DNA from: Octopus vulgaris
Taxonomy: Eukaryota
Direction: 5' to 3'
Length of the DNA stretch: 64,000 nt
Assembly (NCBI GenBank): GCA_951406725.2
Contig: OX597819.1
Span: 92,938,001-93,002,000 of the forward strand
The position numbers and the translations under genes are program-made. The notes beneath the pieces are model-generated. The model saw only the letters and a program-made list of their open reading frames with translations, ran no database searches and was not told where the DNA came from. Positions 43,813 to 57,359 of this stretch are shown piece by piece; positions within the stretch are counted from its first letter, which is position 1, and each line of letters starts with the position of its first letter.

Positions 43813-44589
43813 TATTGAGAAAGAAACGTTGCTGTAGATTAAAAGGAGAAGATAGACGATGTAGATTGATAAAATAGTGTGCTATTAAAAAGAGAGAGCT
43901 GTATGTTCAGTATTTTCAAAGAATTTTAAAAAAAATATTTATTTATGTTAAACATCAAACAACTGCACTATGTTTATGGGATATCATGAACGTGAGCAAT
44001 ACATAGTCATAGAGCTTGCAAGAAATAGCAACCAAATAGTCTTCATATTTCATCGCTACCATATCCAAAGTATCCATCGAGATAAAATGAAAGATAGAAT
44101 GGACGCTGCTGGAACAGATATGACCGCAAGAGTTCAACCAATCAAGGCTGATCTGGTCGGTTAAGAAGAACTACGAAAATCCAGTTACAATTAGATATAC
44201 TGGTCTATTGGAATATTTCGCAATTATTATATTATTTACCATCTTCTACTTTGGAATAATAAAGCGAATGCCAGTAATTTATCGAAAAGATAATTGGTAA
44301 AGATTATCGGCTTTAAGCTTTGGGCACAAGCCCAAGATTTCAGGAAGAGAGTAGGTCAAATACATTGACCTTTGTTCTCAACTGGTATTTATTTTAACGA
44401 CGCCGGAAGGATGTAAAACAAAGTCGTAACTCCGCTAATTATTTTTCCCATCGTGCTTCTATCAAGCTCACCTAAAGCGGAGTTATAGCTGATTGGTTAA
44501 ACATTCGGCAGCAGATCGAGAGTTCCCCGATTCGAATCCTGTAGTGTATTTCGAGGGTTTTAATCAATGGCTTGATTGTGTGATTATGA

Positions 44590-44932
44590 GTTGGTTTGGT
44601 AGTCACATCTTTTCAGATTCAGTCACACTGCGTGGAACCTTCGGCAAGTATTTACTACTATAGCCTCGCTCCGACCAAAACCTTATGAGTGTTTATGATA
44701 GACGTAAACTGTGTGGAAGCGCGCCATGTATATATATATATATATATATATATAGAAGTGTGTGTGTGTGCGTCTTTGCCTTTGTGTTTGTCCCTCCACT
44801 ACTTGAAAACCGGTATTGGTTTGTTTAGTTATCTGTAACTTAGCAGCTCGACAGGAGACCGACAGGCTAAGCACTTTAAAGAGTAAGTACTGAAGTCGAT
44901 TAGTAATGACTGAAGCAAGTAAAAGATAACAG
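44590..44932 (+). mobile_element. tRNA-derived SINE (family B), degenerate
   Basis: cactgcgtggaaccttcggcaagtatttactactatagcctc..ccgaccaaa..gactgaagcaagtaaaag. Confidence 0.75.
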
Positions 44933-45010
44933 ATTAATTTAAGAAAATGGAATAATATTTAGATGAAAGAAGTCCATATTATTATTCTTTCTCATGATAC
45001 TATTTGACTG

Positions 45011-45089
45011 GAATCTAATTTGAAATGTATTTCCTACATGACTGATTGAATCTAATTTGAAATGTAATTCCTACATGACTGACTGAACA
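45011..45089 (+). repeat. 37-bp tandem duplication
   Basis: gaatctaatttgaaatgta(t/a)ttcctacatgactga occurs twice. Confidence 0.85.
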
Positions 45090-46701
45090 TTTAGTAATAA
45101 CAGCCAAAATCACCTTCATATCACAAACTGAATTGTTAAAGGGCAGGGTCTACGTTTGTCACTGTATGGTAATTGCATGGAAGGTTTTAAACATTGATTT
45201 ACTCGATCTGTTCTGAGCTAAACAAAAAGAAAAAAAATGCATCATCAACAACAGTAATGAATTAGCTAAAAGAGGTTTCATCTTCATAAAAGCCAAGCAA
45301 AAGACCGTCAACACTGTGTAATATATTATGCTTTGTTTACTTCTTATTATTTCCTATTTCCTTCTATCTAGAAATCAAAGGAAATGACTCCTATCGCTTT
45401 CAAACTTTGCTTTTGTGACCTGGACGTCAATGTTTTGAAACTGACCTATTTTCCATTACATTTCAGACTGATTCAGCGCTGAGTTGCTGAAGCAGAAATA
45501 TCTTTCTAGCAATATTTTGCTCAGTATCACAAATTTTCTTGACCTTAAACCCTTATGCAGGAACAGTGGGGGAGTATCATAGCCATGTGTTGAGAGAGAT
45601 TCTTTGGGGTTTATATAACTGTTGAGGAAAGCATATCTTGAAGGAAATATCAGCCACTTTTTACCGAAGGATAAATATCGTGGATAAAATATAAATAGCT
45701 AAGGTTGGCAAGCTTAACATCTTATGACTCAACTATCCAACTCACTATATTATGCTGTATCTGACCATTTGTATTGGCAACTATATTTATATGTGAATTT
45801 ATATATACCCTTACACATACAGACGTACAGAGATACGTATATATATATATATATAAATGGATTTTCAACGTATCAATATATGTTTCTAGTACAAAAATTA
45901 TCAATTAGGATAGGGTATAAAGTAAACTAAAGTGTGAACATGTGTATGTGTGTGGGTGTAAGTGGATGATAGAGAGAAAGAGAAAGAGAGAGAGAGAATA
46001 TGAATAGGTTGTGGGATACATTAAAGTCTTCCACATTTTGAATCTAGATATCGAATTTTTTTGGTTTATTTTGGTAAAGCAATATTAAAATATTGACTTC
46101 TGACATCGATTTCATTCTTACCAATCGATATTGACCTTTAATAAACATCTCATTACTCTCTGCAACCAACAAAACTCACATATATTTACATACGCCATAA
46201 ATGCAACAGATATACACGCGTAGAAAACCATTACTAATTTCTCAGAAACCTTAATATCACCATCACATCTGTATTCGATACTGTAAAAAGCTATTATTAC
46301 TATAATTATTTTGTCGATAACAGAGAAGTGTCATTAACCGTTGAATGATGGAGATTTTTCTTTAATTTTATTGACAAATTAGAGGAAGGAGGACAGCATC
46401 CATGACCCTATTTAATGTCCCCAAATCATGTGGGTGGACGGGAGGAGGATATCTTCTCCGTTCTCTTGTTTAGCGCTGAGAACACTTGGTCCTTTTGCTT
46501 CCTTAGCAGAGTTCACTCTACTGCACGCATCCAACCTAAAAACAACTTACCACCATAGATCTTGGAGTATTTGAAAAAGAGCTATAACAGTCCATTTTTT
46601 ATTCCAGGCGATTAGACACAAAGCAAAACACACGCATGAAAATGGTGACCGATTCAGTATAGCATTTAATGAACTGGAGTGTAACTAGAAGAGTTTATTA
46701 G

Positions 46702-46804
46702 CACAACAATCGTTTCGGCTTCATTCTGCACAGCTCCCTAGTGGACGTGGAACGATGTTATATTACCAGATGCAATGCACAGTGCAAAACAGCCGCATCA
46801 GGTG
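46702..46804 (-). ncRNA. Decayed type I hammerhead ribozyme with long stem II
   Basis: Reverse strand: cac-CTGATGC-GGCT-gttttgcac...gtgcagaatga-AGCC-GAAA-CGATTG-TT-gtg. Confidence 0.55.
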
Positions 46805-46934
46805 ACGTATGATGCTTTACAAGTTTTCAGAAAACCTTCTGCAGACACATTATCTGAGACTTACCATGAATCAAGGTTTGGTACTGCATTTAACGCTTAC
46901 TTTCTAAACATTAATTCTTTAATTCTAAATTTGA

Positions 46935-47405
<471 letters not shown>

Positions 47406-47587
47406 ACATATATGTATGTGTGTGAGTATGTGTGCGTATGTATGTATGTATGTACGTATGTATGTATGTATGTATGTATGTATGTATGTATGTATGTATG
47501 TATGTATGTATGTATGTATGTATGTATGTATGTATGTATGTATGTATGTATGTATGTATGTATACACACCCACACATATATACATAT

Positions 47588-47627
47588 ACTATTGACGAAA
47601 AAAATGGAGTTCCGAAACCCGTCTAGT
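47588..47627 (+). ncRNA. Decayed minimal hammerhead motif
   Basis: acta-TTGACGA-...ttcc-GAAA-CCCG-TC-tagt; stem I acta/tagt intact, C3 and stem II mutated. Confidence 0.45.
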
Positions 47628-50519
47628 TGGGACCCTTATCGTTTCTATCACTGCCACACATTTTTTGTATTCTAAAATATTGATTTTGTGTTTTATCAAA
47701 TACCTGAATAAATATAGTTCTAAAACTTAAACATAATCTCCAAAATCTTTCGCATGATCGCTGTATTATTGTTAGTTTTCAGCTTCCTCTTTAGCATAAT
47801 GGAAAATATTCTACATACTTTCAAATTCTATTTGTACAATTCGAAGAACAAAGCGTTTGAGAATATTTTGAATTTCCTTTGGAGTTACGAAATTTCTAAA
47901 TTTTCTGTTTTCCCCCTTTTTTTGCCATTTTTAAACTCAAACTGTATCTGTTCTATTTTCTATGTATGTGTAAAAAATGCCCAACTCAGAGAACAAAAAT
48001 AGACCAGAGCGAGACGAATGAATTGTAAAATTATAACCTGTTCAAATATTGCTACTCACTTTATCCCGAGAAATAAGAGATTCTAGGTCATCTGGTAAAA
48101 TAATTGCTATAGACAAGCATTCTGTCTCGAAGGACAACTCAATCATTCTCTCTATATTACGTCACCAATTATCATGATATATATAATACGGCTGCAGACA
48201 TACTATATAATGGCAAGAAATTAATTATATTAATGGCCCAGGGGATGTTTTGCACAAGTTGTCCAAATTTCTGTTTGCTCACACTATATTGATTACCAAT
48301 CAAATGATGCTAATTTTATATGAGACTGTTGCTAATTGTATACGAAATATTTTTACTTATGTCAATAAAATATCGATTTTTTCTCTTTCTGGTTTTTATA
48401 CAGTTCCTTGGGAGCAACGGGTTGTGTCATGGCCTATGTAGATCTTCTTGGGTCCGTGACAACGACGTACTTAATATTCATATCGGACAGGTGCAAATTG
48501 AGAAAGAAGATGGCCGAAGGAAGACTCCCAAATGATAAACAATGAGGAGGAAGAATATTATATAGTGGTTTGTGAGGAGCATGAGAAGGGTAAACAATTC
48601 AGACGAAGGGGAAATGAGAAATTAGTGAGTAGGAAGTGTCTCAATGAATGCAATATATGAGCAGTGAGCTCTGAGAAACAGCGACAACTGTAGTTGCCCT
48701 GATAAAGGCAAAACGAGAGGGAAGCTGCAATCTGAGGACAGGAGCTCACAGTTTGTTGAGCGATTGGCTGTTATTGTATGCTTTTAGGATGTGGGGTTAG
48801 TATTTATTAGTGAGTCTCACTTGAACTTTTAAATATGCTATTTGTTGGCGTTGAAAAGTTTCTTGAACCTGAAATAGAATGCAGTTTTCGATATATAGAA
48901 GATATATGTTCACCAGTACAGATAATATTCAGTAATGCTACATCCTACCATATGTAGTGATCTTGAGTTTTCTGGTAACGTGCGTCTCATATTTGCAGAG
49001 GAGGTGGAATACTATATTGACTTGTTGGTATATTTAGCGATGTTAACATTCCACATGACGTCCACAAGGTCATTGAATCAAATGTAATGAATTACTGAAT
49101 TACTGGATCTTTTCTCATCATCCCAGAAGCAATGACAAGTAATTTTAATCCAGATAGAATCTTAAAACAGAACGTCGATGAAGCTCAATATTACTTTACC
49201 GTATATCCCTACTCGATGCTCTTTATTATTAATAAAAGATTGTATTATAGTCAGAAACAATTTTCTTACTCTACTGCAAAGCTTCTGTCCAAAAATGGTA
49301 ACCCTCTAGATTCCTAAAATATAATGTGAATGAGCATATATTCAACTCCACAGACATGAAATCAATGAAAGCTTACGATATTTATAGAGAGGTTTAGTGA
49401 ACAAAATTTCTTTCCAAAACTTTCTTTCAAAATGGGAAAAACGAATTTGGAAGTAAAATCGAACATATCAACAAAAAAATAATAACAAAATCTGGAAACA
49501 AAGTCAACAATGAAAATTTTTAGAAAAAAAAAATAACTAGTAAGGATTTGGCTTTCATTTCCTAATCGAATGCAGTATTGGAATGTAGTACTTGAAAATG
49601 GAGCGAATATTGGTCTGATACTCTTAAATTAAAATGATTTAAAGAAAGAAATTACAGAAAAACAATTTATTAGTAATAATGAAAGTCAATATTTCATAGT
49701 TTTATATTAATTGAAAGAGAGATTAACATCCGTCGTCGACTGCACAAGTAACCATCTTACCAAAAAAAGATCGATCGATGGGTCATACAACTTCCAATCA
49801 AGAATTTAGGTCTTTCATGTTTTGAAACAATTTTCAATCGTTGAAGTAAATGTTAGTAGACTCCCTTGGGAATATTTTTAGCCTACTAAGACCTATCTCG
49901 TACTTCTTACTTTTCCGATGGGAATTTTCTTTTTTTATAAAAATTGTAAGCTAGTTAACCAGTTGCCAGTCATTGATTCAGTTCGCTCACCAGACCAAAA
50001 CTGATAACATTAGATGATCAGAGTCTAATTATTGTATCAATCGTGTTTTTCTTTTTATTTATATACACACATACAGTCAGATAAATCGACTTCAATTCAT
50101 AATGGAACGTACTTTAGCAGACCGAATACACTATATATTCATTTATAAAACGTACGTTATGCTAAAATAGCTTACAACATATATACCGTAACACATTAAG
50201 GTTGCTTTTTCAACTAAATATATCTTATGAAGCAGCCTATCCCAAATTCCTTGAATAAAGATTTCCACTGTCTCGGTAAATTTACAAGTTAACGCATCTG
50301 AAGAATTATTTAAACCTAGCCATAAAATCTTTGAGAAATGTGACATAATGTAGATAATTTGCAATTTCCGGACTCATCAGAAGAAAACCAATTATATAAC
50401 AAAATCATTTTTGAAAAATTTTAATTCATTACAAGCAAATTAATTTCACAATCACACGTCAGCTAATGAAAAACAGGAATAAATTCCATATGTTTTTGAA
50501 ATAAAAACTTGCGAGTTTC

Positions 50520-51580
50520 TATTAGATCGTCAAGTATGAAATTTGTTGTAAGGTATATGGTAAACTTTGACAGCTGCTCATTTTGACAATCTTAATTTTT
50601 TTCTTAGAAAGCTGATACATCTATTTCTTTATTGTAACTCATTTTGCGCTTTATAAAGTATTTATAAATCGTGTTTTGGTATTTTTCTTTAGAGATGGAT
50701 AAGTCGGAAATTCGTACAGTTTTGAAATATGAGTTATTTCTTGGAAATACTGCATTACACACAGCTCGGAATATTAATAGAATATTTCATTCTAATGTTA
50801 TTACACTGCAGACAATATCAAATAAGTTTGCAAAATTTTGATCTGGTAAATTTGACTTCACAAATGAGCAATGCGGTCGACCAGAAACAAAGGTGGATAA
50901 TGACGAATTAAAAACCACCGTTGTGTCAGATCCATCTCAAAGTACCTGTGTATTTTCGTTGTTGTTGTTTGGTGTTAGCAAGCAAACAATATTGACTCAC
51001 TTAATTCAAATCGGTAAAGGGAAAAAGTTGGATAAGTGGGTTCCACATAAACTCAATGAAAATCAGAAACAGCAACGTTTGGAAACCCGCATTATGCTAC
51101 TTTCTCATCACAAAAATGAATCCTTTTTTAATCAAATTGTAGCACGTGATGAGAAATGGATCCAATACAACAACTGTACACTTTCAGCACAATGGTTGGA
51201 CAAAGACGAGCCACCAAAACACAGTCCTAAAAGCAAAATTGATAAAAAGAAGCTGATGGTGTGTGTTTGATGGTCTGGCGCAGGTGTGATTCATTATGAT
51301 TTCCTTAAACTTGGCTCATCAATCACAGCTGAAGTATAACTATAGCTAACTAGACCAAATAATGCAGAAACTTACAAAAAATAGCCTAGATTAGTCAACA
51401 GATCCACTCTTATTTTATTGCAAGACACCGCCAAACATTGCAAAAATGACATTGGCAAAACTACAGGAGTTGGAGTTGGAAGTTCTCCATCATCTACCCT
51501 ACTCACCTGATCTTGCGGCCACTGAGTACCACTTCATCCAGAATTTGGATAACATTTTGATAGGAAAAAATTTAACTCTG
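50520..51580 (+). mobile_element. Mariner transposon (cecropia/Hsmar1-like), 3'-truncated
   Basis: ATG at 50695 (MDKSEIRTVLKYE); QIGKGKKLDKWVPHKL, IVARDEKWI, SAQWLDKDEPPKH and HLPYSPDLAATEYH. Confidence 0.9.
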
Positions 51581-51844
51581 CTATTGATCATTGCTATTGT
51601 GACTTTGTCCCAAATGTACTATTATCTAATGCCTCCCTAGCCATAACGATTGTGTATCAGGATATCACCATTGTTTACCTTTACACATGCCTTGGATTGA
51701 TGCAGTACCCCTTAATAATTGACAGAAGTATAACTAATCAGCTCTTGGTTAATTCATAGATGTAATATTTACACTACTATTCGATCGCTATGCTAGTCTG
51801 ATTCCTGCATAAAGTGCTGCTGAGATGAATGCCTGCAATATATT

Positions 51845-52727
51845 CTGTTCTACTCTAGTCACAAGGCCCAAAATTTGGGGGGAGGAGGCCAGTCGATTAG
51901 ATCGACCCCAGTACACAACTGGTACTTAATTTATCAACCCCGAAAGGATGAAAACCACAGTCGACCTCGGCGGAATTTGAACTCAGAACGTAAAGACAGA
52001 CGAAATACTTATTTCTTTACTACCCACTAGGGGCTAAACACAGAGGGGACAAACAAGGACAGAAAAACGGATTAAGTCTTTTACATCGACATCAGTGCGT
52101 AACTGGTACTTATTTAATAGACCCCGAAAGGATGAAAGGTAAAGTCGACCTCGTCGGAATTTGAACTCAGAACGTAACGGCAGACGAAATACCTATTTCT
52201 TTATTATCCACAAGGGGCTAAACTTAGAGGGGACAAACAAGGACAGACATAGGTATTAAGTCGATTACATCGACCTCAGTGCGTAACTGGTACTTAATTT
52301 ATCGACCTCGAAAGGATGAAAGGCAAAGTCGACCTCGGCGGAATTTGAACTCACAACGCAACGGCAGACGAAATACAGCTAAGCATTTCGCCCGGCGTGC
52401 TAACGTTTCTGCCAGCTCGCCGCCTTAAAGGATGAAAGACAAAGTCCAGCTCGGCGTTATTAGAACGCAGAACGTAGCGACAGACGAAATACCTATTTCT
52501 TTATTACCCACAAGGGGCTAAACATAGAGGGGACAAACAAGGACAGACATAGGTATTAAGACGATTACATCGACCTCAGTGCGTAACTGGTACTTATTTA
52601 ATCGACCCCGAAAGGATGAAAGGCAAAGTCGACCTCGGCGGAAATTGAACTCAGAACGTAACGGCAGACGAAATACGGCTACGCATTTCGCCCGGCGTGC
52701 TAACGTTTCTGCCAGCTCGCCGCCTTA
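51845..52727 (-). mobile_element. Concatemeric array of family A SINE units
   Basis: About five repeats of gaaaggatgaaaggcaaagtcgacctcggcggaatttgaactc; complete heads near 52427 and 52726. Confidence 0.9.
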
Positions 52728-53011
52728 GTGCCTGGAATATATTCCAGTCACAATATATGAATTCAAGTAATCCGGTAGTACTCATAAAAAAAGCTCCTTA
52801 ATGTATCATTCTACAAAACATATAGAAAAATCATATAGACTACATAGTATGATACAAGGCAAAACGAGGAGTGTATAAAGTCATAAATTTTAGAGAAATA
52901 ATTTGATGGAATTTCATTTAAGAATAAGAAAAAATCAAATATCACGACAAATTGTTAAATAAAATTTCATCAAACTATTTCTATATCATTTATGATTTTA
53001 TATACATACAC

Positions 53012-53078
<67 letters not shown>

Positions 53079-54746
53079 TATGTGTGTGTAAGTATTGAGG
53101 CCCAAGTTTCTTAAATTTTGGGAAGACCAAAATCATCCCGGTATGTACATATGTAATCAAGTTAACTTTTCTAGTCTATCATTTATATTATAATATTAAC
53201 ACTAAAAAAAAAAGCCAAAGAACTATTCAAATAGAATTTGAATAAAAAGAGTTCAGAAGAAAATTAAATTCTAAAACCCATTTAGTCCTGTCTGTTACCG
53301 TTTCTGTCATTATGCCTTCCTCGTTTACTAAAATATTGATTTTATGTTTAGCAATATAACTGAATAAATATAGTTTTAAAACGTAACGATAATCTGAAAA
53401 ATCTTACGCATTATCGCTATATTATCGCTAGTTTTCAGTTTTCTATTTCACATAAGGACAGTTATTTTATAAACTTGCAACCTCCATTTAACCTATTCAA
53501 TGTGATTGTAAGACAGTAGAGCAAGATTTGATGAAAATGTGTCTATCGTTTCTTCTTTGCCGTTGATTGAGATGAAAGCAGACTTCGGGGATTAAATGTT
53601 AATCATATTTCGAATCAAAAGGATTGGTTTCAAATTCAGTTTACTGTAGTGCTATGTATACGTTAGAAATGGCTCTCAACACTTCGCAAAGGAAACTGAC
53701 GGACTGACGTACTGACAGTTCATTGCTTAGAGAACTACTTATTTGTTCTATGTCCCTATATAATCACATAGTTTTACGTTAGCATTTTTATGGTCCATTC
53801 GACCGAATTAGTAAATAAACGGATTATTATTAAGCAGGCTCATATTATATCATTGATAGGGAGGATGCTTGCTCCTGAGACTATTTGCATGATAGTTCAC
53901 TCACAAGAATTTAGGCAACATAGGGCTGTGATTGAAGATATTTCATCAAAGTGGGTTCAGCGAGATTGGATCCGAAATCACGGGTTTGTGAAGTCATCAC
54001 ACAGCTAAGTACCGACTGGTATATATCTTCGAATTCGAATGATATACAAGTATTTTCGTTATCACAGAGATCTTGGTGAAAACAATGGTGAATCAGGTAT
54101 TGGGCGAACAAGATACGTATAAAGATGTAAAAAATGAGTGATTTTCAAGAATTATCACACTTTTAAAATATTATATCAGCATACATACTGTGCTGCATTC
54201 AAAACACTCACAGACTTTTAGAGAGGAGAAAATGGCCAATTGTAGAGTTTAATGGCTTTGAAAACAATTTCCTATCACAAAATCTATAGAGTACAGCTAA
54301 AGTCTACTCAGCAAATATCGATTAATACCTATATTGCTCAATACTAGAGCAGGAACAGTGAAAATTTAACACACCCAAAGGACGTTATTTAGCACAGAAA
54401 GTCACAAAGTTTCCTTTGAACTTCTCCTGCATGTAAATATTGCTACGCAATTTTTTCATATGTTGAAATTAAATACAGAATTTATAAAATATAGAAATCC
54501 GTAGTAAGATCAGAAATTTTATAAAAGATATGAATATCTGGGACATTGATTGTTGCAGTCAACAAAGGAAATGTCTTTGTAATAAAATTTACGGTATTGC
54601 TCTTCCAAACAGTTTAGTTCTAAGTTGAGACATGACTTGGTTAATGTAATGCATATGAATTTTCTGTGGTAAAAGAAAAGAGGCATGTATAACTCTAAGA
54701 AGTCCATTCGGCTTGATTCTGTGGCAGTAAATAATTATTTCTTTGC

Positions 54747-54799
<53 letters not shown>

Positions 54800-54938
54800 T
54801 CCCTTTTTGCACAAATATATTCATATACTTGAGTTCATGTTGTTGGCCTTAATACCAACGTGAATATGAGAGTGTGCATAAATGAAATATAGTTGATATA
54901 TAACATGCTGTATAACTGTGTGTGTCTATGAGAGTGCG

Positions 54939-54982
<44 letters not shown>

Positions 54983-55118
54983 TGATTTGTGTGACTGCGT
55001 GTGTAATACTGAACGTGAATTGAGACTGGATAGACGACGATGCATATTAGAAATATGCTTGTGTATGTTTTTCTCGATTTGTGTGACTGTGGCTGATGAT
55101 GTTATTGGGGTTTAACCT

Positions 55119-55402
55119 TGGGCTAGCATCTGATTTAGCAGACCAAGACACAAAGTCAGTTCATGCATATTAGAAATATTAGATAAAATAGGTATAACAA
55201 GCACTCACCATCTGTATGTGGCTAGCCACTGGGGGTGGGGTGTTACTGATGCTTTTAGCCCCAGGCAATCAACGTCACCAGATGGACTTTAGACACAATC
55301 TCAGTGCCCTTGTGTTATTTGCAAAGGGAGGTCATCTTCCCTCGAAAACCTAAGTACTGGGCTAGCACCTGATTTAGCAGACCTAGACACAAAGTCAGTT
55401 CA
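55119..55402 (+). repeat. 45-bp direct repeats flanking a ~195-bp insert
   Basis: tgggctagca(t/c)ctgatttagcagacc(a/t)agacacaaagtcagttca at 55119-55163 and 55358-55402. Confidence 0.85.
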
Positions 55403-55691
55403 GCTGTGCCTTTATATATATATATATATATAGTTTTTTTTTATTAAATTTCAGGTAAGTGTATGCATTACGTTAGGACACCAGGGTACAATTTTAATGA
55501 AACGTGGGTGTTCTAACTGGGGGAGTTAGTTCTAACTAGAGAGGCGGTGAAATGCTAACTGGTCGGTGCCATTACTGTAACAAATATTGATTTATACATG
55601 TTTCTCTTCACATACAAATTTAAAACTGAAACATGATATATGATAATAAAATACAGACAGAGACACACAGACACACAGACACATACACATA

Positions 55692-55744
<53 letters not shown>

Positions 55745-55798
55745 TAAAAAGGTAAGATAACAAAAGAGATACCTGTAAATGTAAAGAACAATGTAATA

Positions 55799-55964
55799 GT
55801 GACAATTATTCGGTAGCCAAGATAAAACTCTGAGTTTCGGATGCCGAGGTGGAAATCCACATCACCATCTCTTCAGTTATCCGGCCAACTGAAGATGGTG
55901 GTGTGGATTTCCACATCGGCATCCGAAACTCAGAGTTTTATCTTGGCTACCGAATAATTATCAC
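55799..55964. repeat. 166-bp palindrome made of two HHR copies
   Basis: Arms 55799-55878 / 55887-55964 with spacer atccggcc. Confidence 0.93.
55820..55882 (-). ncRNA. Type I hammerhead ribozyme (mirror copy on + at ~55887-55943)
   Basis: Reverse strand: ggataa-CTGAAGA-GATG...CATC-c-GAAA-CTC-a-GAG-TT-ttatct. Confidence 0.75.
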
Positions 55965-55974
55965 ATATTACATT

Positions 55975-56052
<78 letters not shown>

Positions 56053-57359
56053 AGTAGTCGGACAAACGCGTTCTCATGGCTCGTACCATGTGGATTTCAA
56101 CCACAATCAAATTCAAACTATTACAACAAAGAGGATGGTCTAGAAGTAGACAATACTCGTATATCGTTTGAGGAAACACAACTAGATCTCTTTATGCAAA
56201 CAAACAGTTGAATAATCAAATACCTCTATTCTTGGAGAATTGTGGCGAACAATAAACAACTGTCTAATCATACTCCCTCTTTCTGACTCCAGTTTCTTTA
56301 ATGTTATATTCTCACACACTGAATGCCTAATTTTAGAATTCGAAGTACATAATAATACTATCTATACTACCGGGTTATTCTGAAGGTGAACAAGCTTTAT
56401 ACTGTATTCTAACACGTTCCTTACAGAATACAGCACAGCTATAAAAATATATAATATATATGCATAAGCGGAGGAAAGCAATAAATCAATGTTTCTGAGG
56501 CTAACTACTCAGACACGCCATCAGCAAAACAATCGTTAACTTAGTTTAGCCTATATATTTATCTATTTACAAATTTACCGTCTACTCAGGGAGGTTAAAG
56601 CAGCGTTCGAAACGTTTTATGTTTCAAAAACTTTGAGACTGGCGATAGGGAAGGAAGGATGCAATGCTGAAACCTGAAACTTGATTTTAATGCTTACAAC
56701 TGAGTGAACGCCGCTAAAGGCATTTAATATGTCCAGTGATGGTGTTATATCAGTAGGGACAGAACTGCAAGGGTTGGAGCAAATACCGTTAGGCATCGCA
56801 TAAGATTTTGGATAATTCTACGAACCCGCCACTTGGGAGTGATACGTTATTTTATTGACACTAAATGGTTAAGAAATATTACTTTTGCGGTAATTAAAGT
56901 CGCATACGAAGAGGACAGAAAAATACCACTAGGCGTTTTATCATTTGCTTTAAGTCTTCCTGTTATTTCACCGCCTGTAATGAGTACTGAACATCTACTT
57001 AGAAATATTTATAAAGAAAAGAAAAACAGCATTAAATCAGCGACTAGTATTATTTTAATCAAGTAGTCTATACGAAATGCTTTCTCAGTTCGAATACCGC
57101 AGTGTCTGGCCTATCTACGATGTATATTCATTAAATATGATACATTAATACTTATTTTAAGTTGATACTGCTTCCGTTGAGTTTATTGGGTTTATATTCA
57201 ACTGGACGACTATTTGCAACACTCGTGAGAGTAATATTTACTGCTTCTTTTATTAGTGACGACAGACTCTTTCCCCAGCATGTAGCTGGCCGAGACTATA
57301 CGTCATTTAAAAAGCCTAAAAGGTCAAAATGCATCTGACGTTCTTTATAGATACTTCTA

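Noticed and set aside
50355-50385. Minus-strand CTGATGAGTCC
   Set aside because: No closing GGAC-GAAA or stem III found downstream.
51845-52727. CRISPR-like regular repeats
   Set aside because: The intervening segments are also repeated; this is a eukaryotic SINE concatemer with no cas genes.
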